Shown: one piece after another, positions 8,801 through 16,204 of the stretch | How the letters are laid out: each line of letters opens with the position of its first letter | How positions within the stretch are numbered: position 1 is the first letter of the stretch | Virus record (IMG/VR): IMGVR_UViG_3300045971_001064 | Span: 75,256-98,738 of that record | Reading direction: 5' to 3' (one strand) | Source: a virus | Length of the DNA stretch: 23,483 nucleotides | Made by a program: the position numbers and the translations under genes | Notes under the pieces: generated by a model | What the model was told of the DNA's origin: nothing | Database searches by the model: none | The model's input: the letters and a program-made list of their open reading frames with translations, nothing else

Positions 8801-11800
8801 GTCACCAAGGGCTACTCCATCCCGATGACCCGGTGGTTGAAGACGGACCCCTCCGTTCCGTACGGCATCAACCTCCGTCTCGTGGATGCCGACAACTCCA
8901 ACGGCTCGCTGGCCTTGGCCTTCGGCACCAGCTTCGACTTCTCCAACTTCGTGCTGCACGGCCGTGGCCGAGGTCGCGTCAACCTTGCCCTGACCCAGCC
9001 TGCCAGCACTGACGTCGTGATGCTCCGCTGGAACCGCTGGTCCGGTGCCACTGTCAACTCGGACGTGTACATCGTTCCGCCGAACGCAGCCAGCGCTGCT
9101 CTCGACGTCGCATGGGACGCCGCTAGCGACAACACGTACGTCTATCTGGCTTCGGGCGCCGACCGCGGCGACATCTTCACCTACGGCTCGCATCACTACG
9201 TCGGGCAGGGAGCCAGTACCGCCACCCTCGTGTCGGCCTTCAACATCTCGAACATCGCTCGCGTCGGCGGGAACACCGTCACCGTGACGCTGGGGCGGCC
9301 GACCGCCGACATCCTCTTCCACGGAATCACTCCCGGCGCTGCCATCTACCTTGACATCGTCGACGCCAACTTCGCCTCTGGGTTGCAGACGGTGACCGCT
9401 GTCGCTGACGGCTTCCCCGGAGCCACCCTCACGTACATCGAGACCGGCGCCAACGTGTCGGTCGCCAACCCGCCCAACGCCTACCTGAGCCGCGGCACGC
9501 CGTTCGTTCCCGACTACTCGGCCGTGCAGGTCGGGGACATCATGTCCTTGAAGGCCTCGAACGTGTTCCTCTGGAGCGTGCCTGCGATGCTCGCGGGCGA
9601 CCGAGCCCGAGCGCAGGTCGTTGCCAAGTCGCCCGACGCGACGCCGCGCTGGGTTCGACTTGCGACTGGAGTCTTCAACACCGGCTGGGGCTTCACGTGG
9701 TCCTCCACCGACGACATCCGCTTCTTCCCTCTGACGGCCAACACCACCACCGCCGTCATCGCCGCCATCAACGCCCTGACCACCTCCACCGTCAGCGCGA
9801 CGTTGGCTAGCGGGCCCGGCACCGGGCTCATCTCGAAGGTCTGGGACGACATCAACTTCGCCGTCGCCACCACCCTGCGCGACTCGCTGCTCTACATCGC
9901 GTCCGCCACCTACAACGCTGCGCCGGGCGTCCTCAACTACGACATCACCTTGAAGGTGGATGTGGAGCCGGGCCTCGCTGTCGCCCCCAACGACTGGGCG
10001 AACGAGGAGTTCCGGCTCGCGCCGACCACCGCCAAGAACGTGGCGGACTACCTGAACCGCGGACAGGTCACTGGGCTCGCCTCGACCGGCGCCAGCATCA
10101 AGGCGTCCTCCAACGGCCGCAAGGTGCAGTTGGCTTCCGGTACGCTCGGCTCCGGCGGGGCAGTGCAGGTCACGGGCGGCACCGCCAACTCGGCGTCCTT
10201 CCCTGTTATCTCCACTTCTCTGGTCACTGCGCTGCTGTCGGCAGTGGTCGCGACCAACAGCGGCGTCGACTCGCTCTCGCCGCAGTCGAACCTGATGCTC
10301 ACGAACACGGACGTTCTTCCGAAGGTTCTCGACTGGACGGCGGCGACCATCCTGTCGGCCACGCTCGGCGAGGTCGTGGTCTCTGGCGCTGGCAAGGCAT
10401 GGACGGCGCTGACGCCCGCGGTTCAGAACGGGCCTTCGTGGCTCTGGAGCGACGCCGGGAACTTCAAGGTGGCCTTCGACAGCAGCAACACCCTGACCTT
10501 CTCCGACGGGGGCTGGGTGCGCTTCGAGCCGGGCTGGGGCAAGTGGAAGCCGGTCGGCTCTCGCGCGAACGCTCTGGTTGGTGCGGCGTACGTCACCCTG
10601 CCGAGCGGGAAGACGATGTCCATCGGAGGGGTCAACGACACCCAGCTTGCGTCGGTCACCGCCACGTCGAACGCGGTTGAACTCTACGACCCCGTCGCCG
10701 AGACGTGGTCGACTCTCGCGGTGCTCCCGGCCGTGCGAGCCTTCGGGGCGGCTGCGTACATCCCGTCGCTCAACAAGGTGCTCTTCGCTGGCGGCATCCA
10801 CAATACGGCCCCGGGCGTCTTCGCGTGGCATGCTGAGGCGTGGCTGTACGACATCACTGGCAACTCGTGGGCAGCAACGGGGCCCCTGAGCGCCGCTCGC
10901 TCCCACTTCACGCTGACCACCATGTCCACGAACGAGGTCGTCGCGGTCGGTGGCATGACCTCGCTCACCGCCTCGACGAACAGCGTCAACGTCTACAGCC
11001 CCCTCGCCTTCACCTTCAGCGTGGTGGCCTCCATGGCCAAGGCTCGCGGCACGCACAGCGCCTTCCTCTACGGCATCGACCAGTTGCTGGTGGTCGGCGG
11101 CTTCGGGCCAGCCAGCACCGGCTACGAGACGTTCGCCCTGAACGCGCTCGCGTGGAGCAACGACTCTGCCTTCGCTAGCGGCCTCGTGCTGACTGCACCC
11201 ACGGTCGTCGCGCTCTCCTCCACCAAGTTCTTGGTCGCGGGTGGCATCACCACCACGACCGTCGACTTCATTGTCGGTGTCACGCAGCCGACGCGCAAGG
11301 CCGAGGTGTACGACGTCGTCTCCCACACCGCCGCTGCGGTCGGCGACCTCGTCATCCCGCTCGCCGCTGGCAACGGCGCTGCTATCCCGACCAACAAGGT
11401 TCTGGTCTGGGGCGGAGCATGGGGCATGCCCTTGGCTGGCGTCGTCCAGTATCCCTTGCCGCACGGCATCAGCCAAGTGTACGACATCGCCTCCGACACG
11501 TGGACGCTGGCGTCCGCCTCCAAGCTGGCTCACGTCTACGCCCCGGCCTTGAACGTCGACGGCACCACTGTGACCGTCGCTGGCAGCGCCCTCGCTGACA
11601 GCAACGTCCCGAGCGCGGGCACTGAGCGGTTCGACTCGGCCATGCTGGCAGCGCCCGCAGGCAACACCGGGACGTTCCGGGCTCTCCGCGGCGGAGGCTC
11701 GCACGTCGTCATCGAGGCTCCTGCCTCCGTGGCTGGCGAGTGGGACTACGCCTACGTCCGCAGCTACACCTACGACTCCCTCATGCCGGGTGACGTGCTC

Positions 11801-12550
11801 AACCTGTCGTCAGGCGCCCTCGGGACCGCTCCCGCTGGCAGCTACACCGTGCTCTCGACCGACTTCTCGAACGTGGCGAAGTTCACCGTCACGGGCTCGG
11901 GCACGTGGGCGACCGGCGCCTTCGGCACGGCTCTCCCTCTCGTGCGCGTCATCGCTCGGTCCCCGGCCCGGATGCTGTACTCCGTCCAGTACATCGGGCC
12001 GAGCGCAGATGCGGGCCAGACTAGCCTGCGCCTGTACCCCTCGACCTTCCAAGAGCAGTTCTCGGCCGCTGCTGGCTCGGTGCTGGTGGCTCAGGACAAG
12101 CTGGCCTTCCCGACCACTCTGGTCCCCGGGCAGGACGGCTACCGGTACAACACCGGCCTCATCGCCGAGGTCACCAAGGTCGTCTACGGCGACGAGCGCG
12201 ACACGGTCACCTACCCGGGCTACGCCTCGGCCGGTGCCGCCATCGACGTCTCGGCGCCGCTCATCAGGCGCGTGCTCATCTCGCTGGCCATCCGCGCTCG
12301 GTCCGGTGCGGTGGACATCAAGAGCCGCGTCCAGTCGGCCGTCGCCAAGGTCGTGAACTCGGCTGCTCCGGGCCCCATCGCCCTCTCGCTCATCATCGAG
12401 GCGGTGCAGCAGGTCGACGGCATCATCTCGGTCGTCCTCCTGTCCCCGGTGGCCACCACCACCGCCGACACCATCCCGGTCCAGCCGTACGAGAAGGCTC
12501 TCGTGCTCGACCCGACCAATGATGTGACCGTCAGCCTCATCGGGGCGTAA
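5876..12550 (+). CDS. Giant baseplate J-like wedge protein (P2 gpJ / T4 gp6-like), 2224 aa, with a large multidomain insertion including Kelch repeats
   Basis: N-terminal J motifs (LDIAHGERLDRIG...RRGATFATGYV; STVPGAEGN; VTNPLPITNGLDVENDDLYRERI; LLVIDDGTG) and C-terminal J motifs (ASAGAAIDVSAP...VQSAVAKVVNS...IALSLIIEAVQQVDGIISV). ATG 5876 is preferred over the track's TTG 5855 because GGAGA precedes it. Confidence 0.8.
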   Translation: MPISSTPTFRSLSTIVGDMVSTFLSELDRNNIVPGIQSLKPGSPYLAIFESTGQSQFRNQEQTLSLLDANDLDIAHGERLDRIGAAEKLLRRGATFATGYVNISDTSFTKVSTRVYQGKPAPIPGSVTIYVADATGFGTTGNLYIGRNTPNLEGPLAYTACVNAGSYWTITLAAGTTNFHGLGEGVVFAQGGDRVITAGQSVTTPQGNSATYAKFTTTAAATLLDGETSVLNVHVASTVPGAEGNASAGGVKVIPSPAFTGMAVTNPLPITNGLDVENDDLYRERIKAARRSRVGTGTVLGINVHSYGVQAPDEAATVVSSQYLFRQILPSLLVIDDGTGYEAKESGIAYEVLMDSAIGGEDVFFLNHGQPVAKASLTTVLAAPYPLANLDVLTVKVGGVTYSHSFDSTDFLDITNATAYEVVASINSNPTIPYSARTSGAGTKVAIFAKANTNDDIEVVAGGANVALSFPPGVVEALRLYKNDYLLSKDGTSASLTSADQSMWSGIVSGDTLTISVDGTPSITYTFTDNDVIDLGLGYATLSNLLPLSAWVSIFNNKVPGVTCALSGSSLTFTSNLGPSARASVTIDPASSLVTKGVFNPLALTSSGRAKDFVLDRNRGQIDLTQPLVAGDQLTAGSSFTRAYFQSASLLALSVVPVGGANFWFTVDGDAVRIPHTLNASHRVNQFWDAGGRTFISYTGIVTPAFCFRNVQVGDYAIWTEDMWAAAPATFSVMRINWVALDGSSFRCDYPTTGLGTASGFNNAALPAFERLFFVRASAIPQHVTIAAGNYSPTALAAAVTGLTGATVSIERNKLRITTNTFSTLGDIALSAQDVSALTALGFTVGSSVQNDEPETAAVESGNSDVGTPRLVDALTAYVPPLEVLSDLSVGVTQRDIVGALWLRAVGSDTFLGVVTTASGTNTGDSAEWTSYVAGNVFLDHLLAQPRAAVDVLAAVSRYRVGPISDLNVVFDNDPVTKGYSIPMTRWLKTDPSVPYGINLRLVDADNSNGSLALAFGTSFDFSNFVLHGRGRGRVNLALTQPASTDVVMLRWNRWSGATVNSDVYIVPPNAASAALDVAWDAASDNTYVYLASGADRGDIFTYGSHHYVGQGASTATLVSAFNISNIARVGGNTVTVTLGRPTADILFHGITPGAAIYLDIVDANFASGLQTVTAVADGFPGATLTYIETGANVSVANPPNAYLSRGTPFVPDYSAVQVGDIMSLKASNVFLWSVPAMLAGDRARAQVVAKSPDATPRWVRLATGVFNTGWGFTWSSTDDIRFFPLTANTTTAVIAAINALTTSTVSATLASGPGTGLISKVWDDINFAVATTLRDSLLYIASATYNAAPGVLNYDITLKVDVEPGLAVAPNDWANEEFRLAPTTAKNVADYLNRGQVTGLASTGASIKASSNGRKVQLASGTLGSGGAVQVTGGTANSASFPVISTSLVTALLSAVVATNSGVDSLSPQSNLMLTNTDVLPKVLDWTAATILSATLGEVVVSGAGKAWTALTPAVQNGPSWLWSDAGNFKVAFDSSNTLTFSDGGWVRFEPGWGKWKPVGSRANALVGAAYVTLPSGKTMSIGGVNDTQLASVTATSNAVELYDPVAETWSTLAVLPAVRAFGAAAYIPSLNKVLFAGGIHNTAPGVFAWHAEAWLYDITGNSWAATGPLSAARSHFTLTTMSTNEVVAVGGMTSLTASTNSVNVYSPLAFTFSVVASMAKARGTHSAFLYGIDQLLVVGGFGPASTGYETFALNALAWSNDSAFASGLVLTAPTVVALSSTKFLVAGGITTTTVDFIVGVTQPTRKAEVYDVVSHTAAAVGDLVIPLAAGNGAAIPTNKVLVWGGAWGMPLAGVVQYPLPHGISQVYDIASDTWTLASASKLAHVYAPALNVDGTTVTVAGSALADSNVPSAGTERFDSAMLAAPAGNTGTFRALRGGGSHVVIEAPASVAGEWDYAYVRSYTYDSLMPGDVLNLSSGALGTAPAGSYTVLSTDFSNVAKFTVTGSGTWATGAFGTALPLVRVIARSPARMLYSVQYIGPSADAGQTSLRLYPSTFQEQFSAAAGSVLVAQDKLAFPTTLVPGQDGYRYNTGLIAEVTKVVYGDERDTVTYPGYASAGAAIDVSAPLIRRVLISLAIRARSGAVDIKSRVQSAVAKVVNSAAPGPIALSLIIEAVQQVDGIISVVLLSPVATTTADTIPVQPYEKALVLDPTNDVTVSLIGA
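10531..11640 (+). repeat. Seven Kelch-type repeats (beta-propeller) inside the J-like protein
   Basis: Repeated hydrophobic-GG...(E/Q)xYD...W units: TMSIGG..ELYDP..W, VLFAGG..WLYDI..W, VVAVGG..VYSP..F, LLVVGG..ETFAL..W, FLVAGG..EVYDV, VLVWGG..QVYDI..W, VTVAGS..ERFDS. Confidence 0.85.
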
Positions 12551-13873
12551 ATGGCATACGAGAAGAACTGGCAGTTCGACACCAACCGGCTCTACGTACC
12601 GGGCAGCACGCCCCCGCCCCTGATGCTCAACGCTGTGGCGGTGGCCGGTGGCGGCACGTTCGCCTCCAACACGACTTATCAGTATGCAATCACCGCCACC
12701 AAGAACGGATGCGAAAGCCTCGTCTCGAACGAGCAGTGGGCCATCTCACCTATTTCAGGCACCATCGTTCTCACTTGGACGGCAGTGCCCGGCGCGACTG
12801 CTTACACCGTCTACCGCGGCACAATCTCTCGTTCCTACAGTAGGTGGATGCAGTTGGGGAACGTGCTGACTTACGTAGACACCAACGCGATGAACGTTTC
12901 CAGCGGCATCACCGGCACCCCCTACAACTACGCGCCGGAGACCAGCAAGTACGCCCTCTGGTACTACAAAGCCTTCCTCACGGGTCAGATTGGCGGAGCC
13001 ACACTCGGCCTCTGGACGGTGGCTGGTTCTAGCGACTCGGTCACCGGAGCCATGGACGGTGTCGACCGCTGGGGTCCGACTTTTGACGGGACAAAAATCT
13101 ACGGCAACGCCGCGGGCACCTTCCATTCGTGGGTGTGCCTCAAATCACCCCTCATCTTGGGGCACAACTACTACATCCTCATCGACTTCAACAGCAACAG
13201 CGCCTATCAGGCGTCCTTCTCGTTGGTGGCTGACGCGGCGCCAACCGGAGGCTCGAACACCACAGCGCCGACCACGGTCTTGCCTGCAACCATCTCCCCC
13301 TTCATCACGCTCACTTCGGCGTCGGCCTCGTACTACCCGGCAGGCGCGTTCCGATTGCACGGCGCGCTGGCGAGCGACGGTAGCTTCAACATTCTCACTA
13401 GCCGCAACGGCTCGGGGCGGTTCGTCTCAGGGTTCCTGTTCCATTTGCTCGCCAACTATCGCCCCGCCGACCAGTTCCCATGCTGGATGTCATTCAACCT
13501 CGATTACACACTCGGCTCTATGTCGTCCAGTTATGGCGGCACCAAGGGTAACAGCAACTCTCTGGACTCTATCAGCAACGCGATGATGAGGTCCCCGAAC
13601 AACAGCGGCTTCGACTTCTACTCTGTGGTGCTGCCGGTCGTCACCAACTGGCCTGACGGAGAGGACCGCTTTGACCTCTCCTACGCCGACTGGCCGTGTT
13701 GGGTCTCGAAGAAGACCGGCACCAACATCGGCACGCGGGGCCGCCTCCAAGACATCACGTTCTTGGCTGGCACCCCGGACATCGGCACGACCGACGACCC
13801 TATCTCGCCGAAGTACGTCAGCGTCGGCGGTCTCTGGCGCTTCCCCATCGACCAGCGCATCCTCTGGGAGTAA
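12551..13873 (+). CDS. Paralog 1 of a 4-gene tandem family; putative virion appendage / receptor-binding protein with an Fn3-like insert, 440 aa
   Basis: Shares MAYEKxWQFDxNR, LWYYKAFLTGQIG, HSW, PTGGxNTTAP, HGALAxDGSF and RGRLQDI with the next three ORFs. Fn3-like segment TYQYAITA...ES..SNE...LTWTAVPGATAYTVYRG...YVDT. Confidence 0.6.
   Translation: MAYEKNWQFDTNRLYVPGSTPPPLMLNAVAVAGGGTFASNTTYQYAITATKNGCESLVSNEQWAISPISGTIVLTWTAVPGATAYTVYRGTISRSYSRWMQLGNVLTYVDTNAMNVSSGITGTPYNYAPETSKYALWYYKAFLTGQIGGATLGLWTVAGSSDSVTGAMDGVDRWGPTFDGTKIYGNAAGTFHSWVCLKSPLILGHNYYILIDFNSNSAYQASFSLVADAAPTGGSNTTAPTTVLPATISPFITLTSASASYYPAGAFRLHGALASDGSFNILTSRNGSGRFVSGFLFHLLANYRPADQFPCWMSFNLDYTLGSMSSSYGGTKGNSNSLDSISNAMMRSPNNSGFDFYSVVLPVVTNWPDGEDRFDLSYADWPCWVSKKTGTNIGTRGRLQDITFLAGTPDIGTTDDPISPKYVSVGGLWRFPIDQRILWE
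12971..13008 (+). repeat. 38-bp exact direct repeat shared by paralogs 1 and 3 (other copy 15314-15351)
   Basis: gccttcctcacgggtcagattggcggagccacactcgg at both sites. High similarity continues for about 80 bp further. Confidence 0.9.
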
Positions 13874-13876
13874 CAC

Positions 13877-15199
13877 ATGGCCTACGAAAAGACGTGGCAG
13901 TTCGACATCAACCGCGCGTACTCCCCCTCCACCTTGACGGACATGGGGAAGTGGGTGCTGTGGTACTACAAGGCCTTCCTCACGGGTCAGATTGGCGTCA
14001 GCGGCACCGCACCGACCGTCATCACGGTAGCAACTCCGAGCGCCGCGGGTGGCACCTTGGCGGCAGGGGTCTACTACTACCGCGTGGCCGCGATTGTCGG
14101 CGGCGTCGAGTCTGTCGGCTCGAACGAGTTCACGGTCACGACCACGGGTGCGACGGGGTCTGTGGCGCTCACTTGGCTGGCCGTCACTGGCGCAACCGGC
14201 TACCGCGTCTACCGTGGCATCGCGTCGGGGGCCGAGAACGTCTTCTACGCTCCCGGGGCCGTGACAACCTACACGGACACCAACGCAGCCTCGTCGGTCG
14301 GCTCTCCTCGCACCGACAAGGGCACTTGGTGGGTCGTGGGGTCATCCAACTCGACCACGGGCGACAACTTCTCGGGAACCAGCTTCGGCCACGACTACTG
14401 GGCGTCCGCGACCCGGCCTGAAACCTACACGGCCGCCAACATCGTCCGCAACACGGCAGGCTCGGCTCACTCTTGGTTGGTGCTGCGCTCACCGGCCTCT
14501 GTGGGAGGAGGGAAGGCGTATTACCTGCTTCTCGACTGGAGCACGGCGACGGACTATCAGGTCACCGTCACGCTGGGAGTTGACTCGCCTCCGACCGGCG
14601 GCACGAACACCACCGCCCCGACGATGGTCAACTTCACCGGCAGCCAGTTGCTCAGCGCGGTCTTCTCGATGAGCGCCACGAACGGCCCCATCCACATGCA
14701 CGGCACCTTGGCGACCGACGGCAGCTTCAACATGCTGATGTCTCGCGACGCCACCGGCAAGTTCATCTCAGGGTTCCTTGGGCACGCACCCGCCAACGTG
14801 AAGGTGAACGACCTCTACCCGCTGTGGATAAGCATGTACGGCGACTCAACCGCCGCCTCGGGCTACGGAGCGGTGGCGAGCACGTACGCCCCAGACAACG
14901 CGACGTGGAGCATGATGCGAGCCCCAGACAACTCGCTGGGCGGCGGTTGGGCGGTCGTCAGCCCAGCGCTGACGTACCTTCCTGCCGCGCCCGACAGCTT
15001 CGACGGCAGCTTCATCGACTGGCCTTGCTGGCTGGGGGCGAGCACCCTAGCGTACCGCTCGATGCGCGGTCGCCTCCAAGACATCATGTTCTTTGGCGGC
15101 GGCGTGGCGACCGGCTCCGTGGACAATCCGGCGGGCACGCCGGGATTCATGGTGGTCGGCAACTACTGGTTCCCCACCAACGCCGCCCCCATCTTGTAG
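13877..15199 (+). CDS. Paralog 2; putative virion appendage protein with an Fn3-like insert, 440 aa
   Basis: Same conserved blocks. The Fn3-like module follows KAFLTGQIG. SD-like GGGAG upstream. Confidence 0.6.
   Translation: MAYEKTWQFDINRAYSPSTLTDMGKWVLWYYKAFLTGQIGVSGTAPTVITVATPSAAGGTLAAGVYYYRVAAIVGGVESVGSNEFTVTTTGATGSVALTWLAVTGATGYRVYRGIASGAENVFYAPGAVTTYTDTNAASSVGSPRTDKGTWWVVGSSNSTTGDNFSGTSFGHDYWASATRPETYTAANIVRNTAGSAHSWLVLRSPASVGGGKAYYLLLDWSTATDYQVTVTLGVDSPPTGGTNTTAPTMVNFTGSQLLSAVFSMSATNGPIHMHGTLATDGSFNMLMSRDATGKFISGFLGHAPANVKVNDLYPLWISMYGDSTAASGYGAVASTYAPDNATWSMMRAPDNSLGGGWAVVSPALTYLPAAPDSFDGSFIDWPCWLGASTLAYRSMRGRLQDIMFFGGGVATGSVDNPAGTPGFMVVGNYWFPTNAAPIL
14030..14063 (+). repeat. 34-bp exact direct repeat shared by paralogs 2 and 4 (other copy 16361-16394); a second 29-bp exact match at 14281-14309 / 16615-16643
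   Basis: gcaactccgagcgccgcgggtggcaccttggcgg and caacgcagcctcgtcggtcggctctcctc. The two matches mark the two ends of the Fn3-like module. Confidence 0.9.
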
Positions 15200-15202
15200 G
15201 AG
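15148..15202 (+). repeat. 55-bp direct repeat with one mismatch shared by the 3' ends of paralogs 2 and 3 (other copy 16144-16198)
   Basis: catggtggtcggca(a/g)ctactggttccccaccaacgccgcccccatcttgtaggag. It spans the stop codon and the next gene's SD. Confidence 0.9.
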
Positions 15203-15211
15203 GAGTCCGCC

Positions 15212-16195
15212 GTGGCGACGTACGAGAAGTCGTGGCAGTTCGACATCAACCGGGTCTACTCGGATGCCGTCACCTCGGCGGACATGACGAAGTACACGCT
15301 GTGGTACCTCAAGGCCTTCCTCACGGGTCAGATTGGCGGAGCCACACTCGGTCTTTGGACTGTGGTTGGGTCTAGCGACTCGGTCACTGGAGGCATGGAC
15401 GGTGTCGACCGTTGGGGCTCGACGTTTGACGCCACCAAGCTGGTGCGCGCGTCGGCCAACACGGCACACTCGTGGTGCGTGTTGAAGTCGCCCCTTATCA
15501 AGGGGTCCTTCTACTACTTCAACATCGAGTGGAAGAGTGGCGCTGACTATTCCTTCTACCCCCAGTTCACGACTTCTTTGCCTACTGGAGGCTCAAACAC
15601 CACACCGCCCGTCAGCGCGACTCCTACCGCGGCGCCGGGGACGACGACAGCTACGCCCATCTCAGCCAGCACCAACCCCGGCGCGATGCACCTGCATGCT
15701 GCACTGGCCACTGACGGCAGCTTCTACTTGCTGACCTCGCGAGACAACGTCGGCAAGTTCCTTGCGGGCGTGGTGTGCGTGTGGCTCGGGAACGCCAAGC
15801 CGACCGACAGCTATCCCCTCTTCTTGCACTGCAACGGTGACATCGGTCAGTCCAACGGCTACGGAGCGTCCGGGGTCAGTAACGGCATGGAGTGGAACAA
15901 CGGCGGGTGCATGCTGGCGCCAGATAACTCGCTCGCCGGGCTCTGGGCGGGCGTCATCCCATCCACCACTAATCTACCTGCTGGCAGCGACCCGTTCGAC
16001 TCCAGTTACCTCGACTTCCCCGTTTTTGTAGGCGCGTCTGCTATTGCGTACCGAGGCCTGCGCGGTCGAGTCCAAGACATCATGTTCTTCCCCGGCGGAG
16101 CTAGCACAGGAACGGTGGACAACACCGCAGGTGCACCGACTTACATGGTGGTCGGCAGCTACTGGTTCCCCACCAACGCCGCCCCCATCTTGTAG
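15212..16195 (+). CDS. Paralog 3; core scaffold without the Fn3-like insert, 327 aa, GTG start
   Basis: Same conserved blocks. A strong SD (AGGAGG) overlaps the upstream TAG. Confidence 0.6.
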   Translation: MATYEKSWQFDINRVYSDAVTSADMTKYTLWYLKAFLTGQIGGATLGLWTVVGSSDSVTGGMDGVDRWGSTFDATKLVRASANTAHSWCVLKSPLIKGSFYYFNIEWKSGADYSFYPQFTTSLPTGGSNTTPPVSATPTAAPGTTTATPISASTNPGAMHLHAALATDGSFYLLTSRDNVGKFLAGVVCVWLGNAKPTDSYPLFLHCNGDIGQSNGYGASGVSNGMEWNNGGCMLAPDNSLAGLWAGVIPSTTNLPAGSDPFDSSYLDFPVFVGASAIAYRGLRGRVQDIMFFPGGASTGTVDNTAGAPTYMVVGSYWFPTNAAPIL

Positions 16196-16204
16196 GAGAA
16201 CTCC

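Noticed and set aside
8456-11704. 1082-aa minus-strand ORF and the many other antisense or alternate-frame ORFs
   Set aside because: They are shadows of strongly biased GC-rich + strand genes. They fully overlap coherent structural genes and have Arg/Gly-rich composition with no recognisable motifs.
6896-12135. Intein or mobile element explaining the J insertion
   Set aside because: I see no intein splice motifs and no homing endonuclease or transposase signature. The insert consists of structural beta-domains.
15148-16198. Diversity-generating retroelement (template/variable repeat pair at paralog 3' ends)
   Set aside because: Both copies are coding gene ends. The match is short with one mismatch, flanking differences are not adenine-specific, and no reverse transcriptase is in the window.
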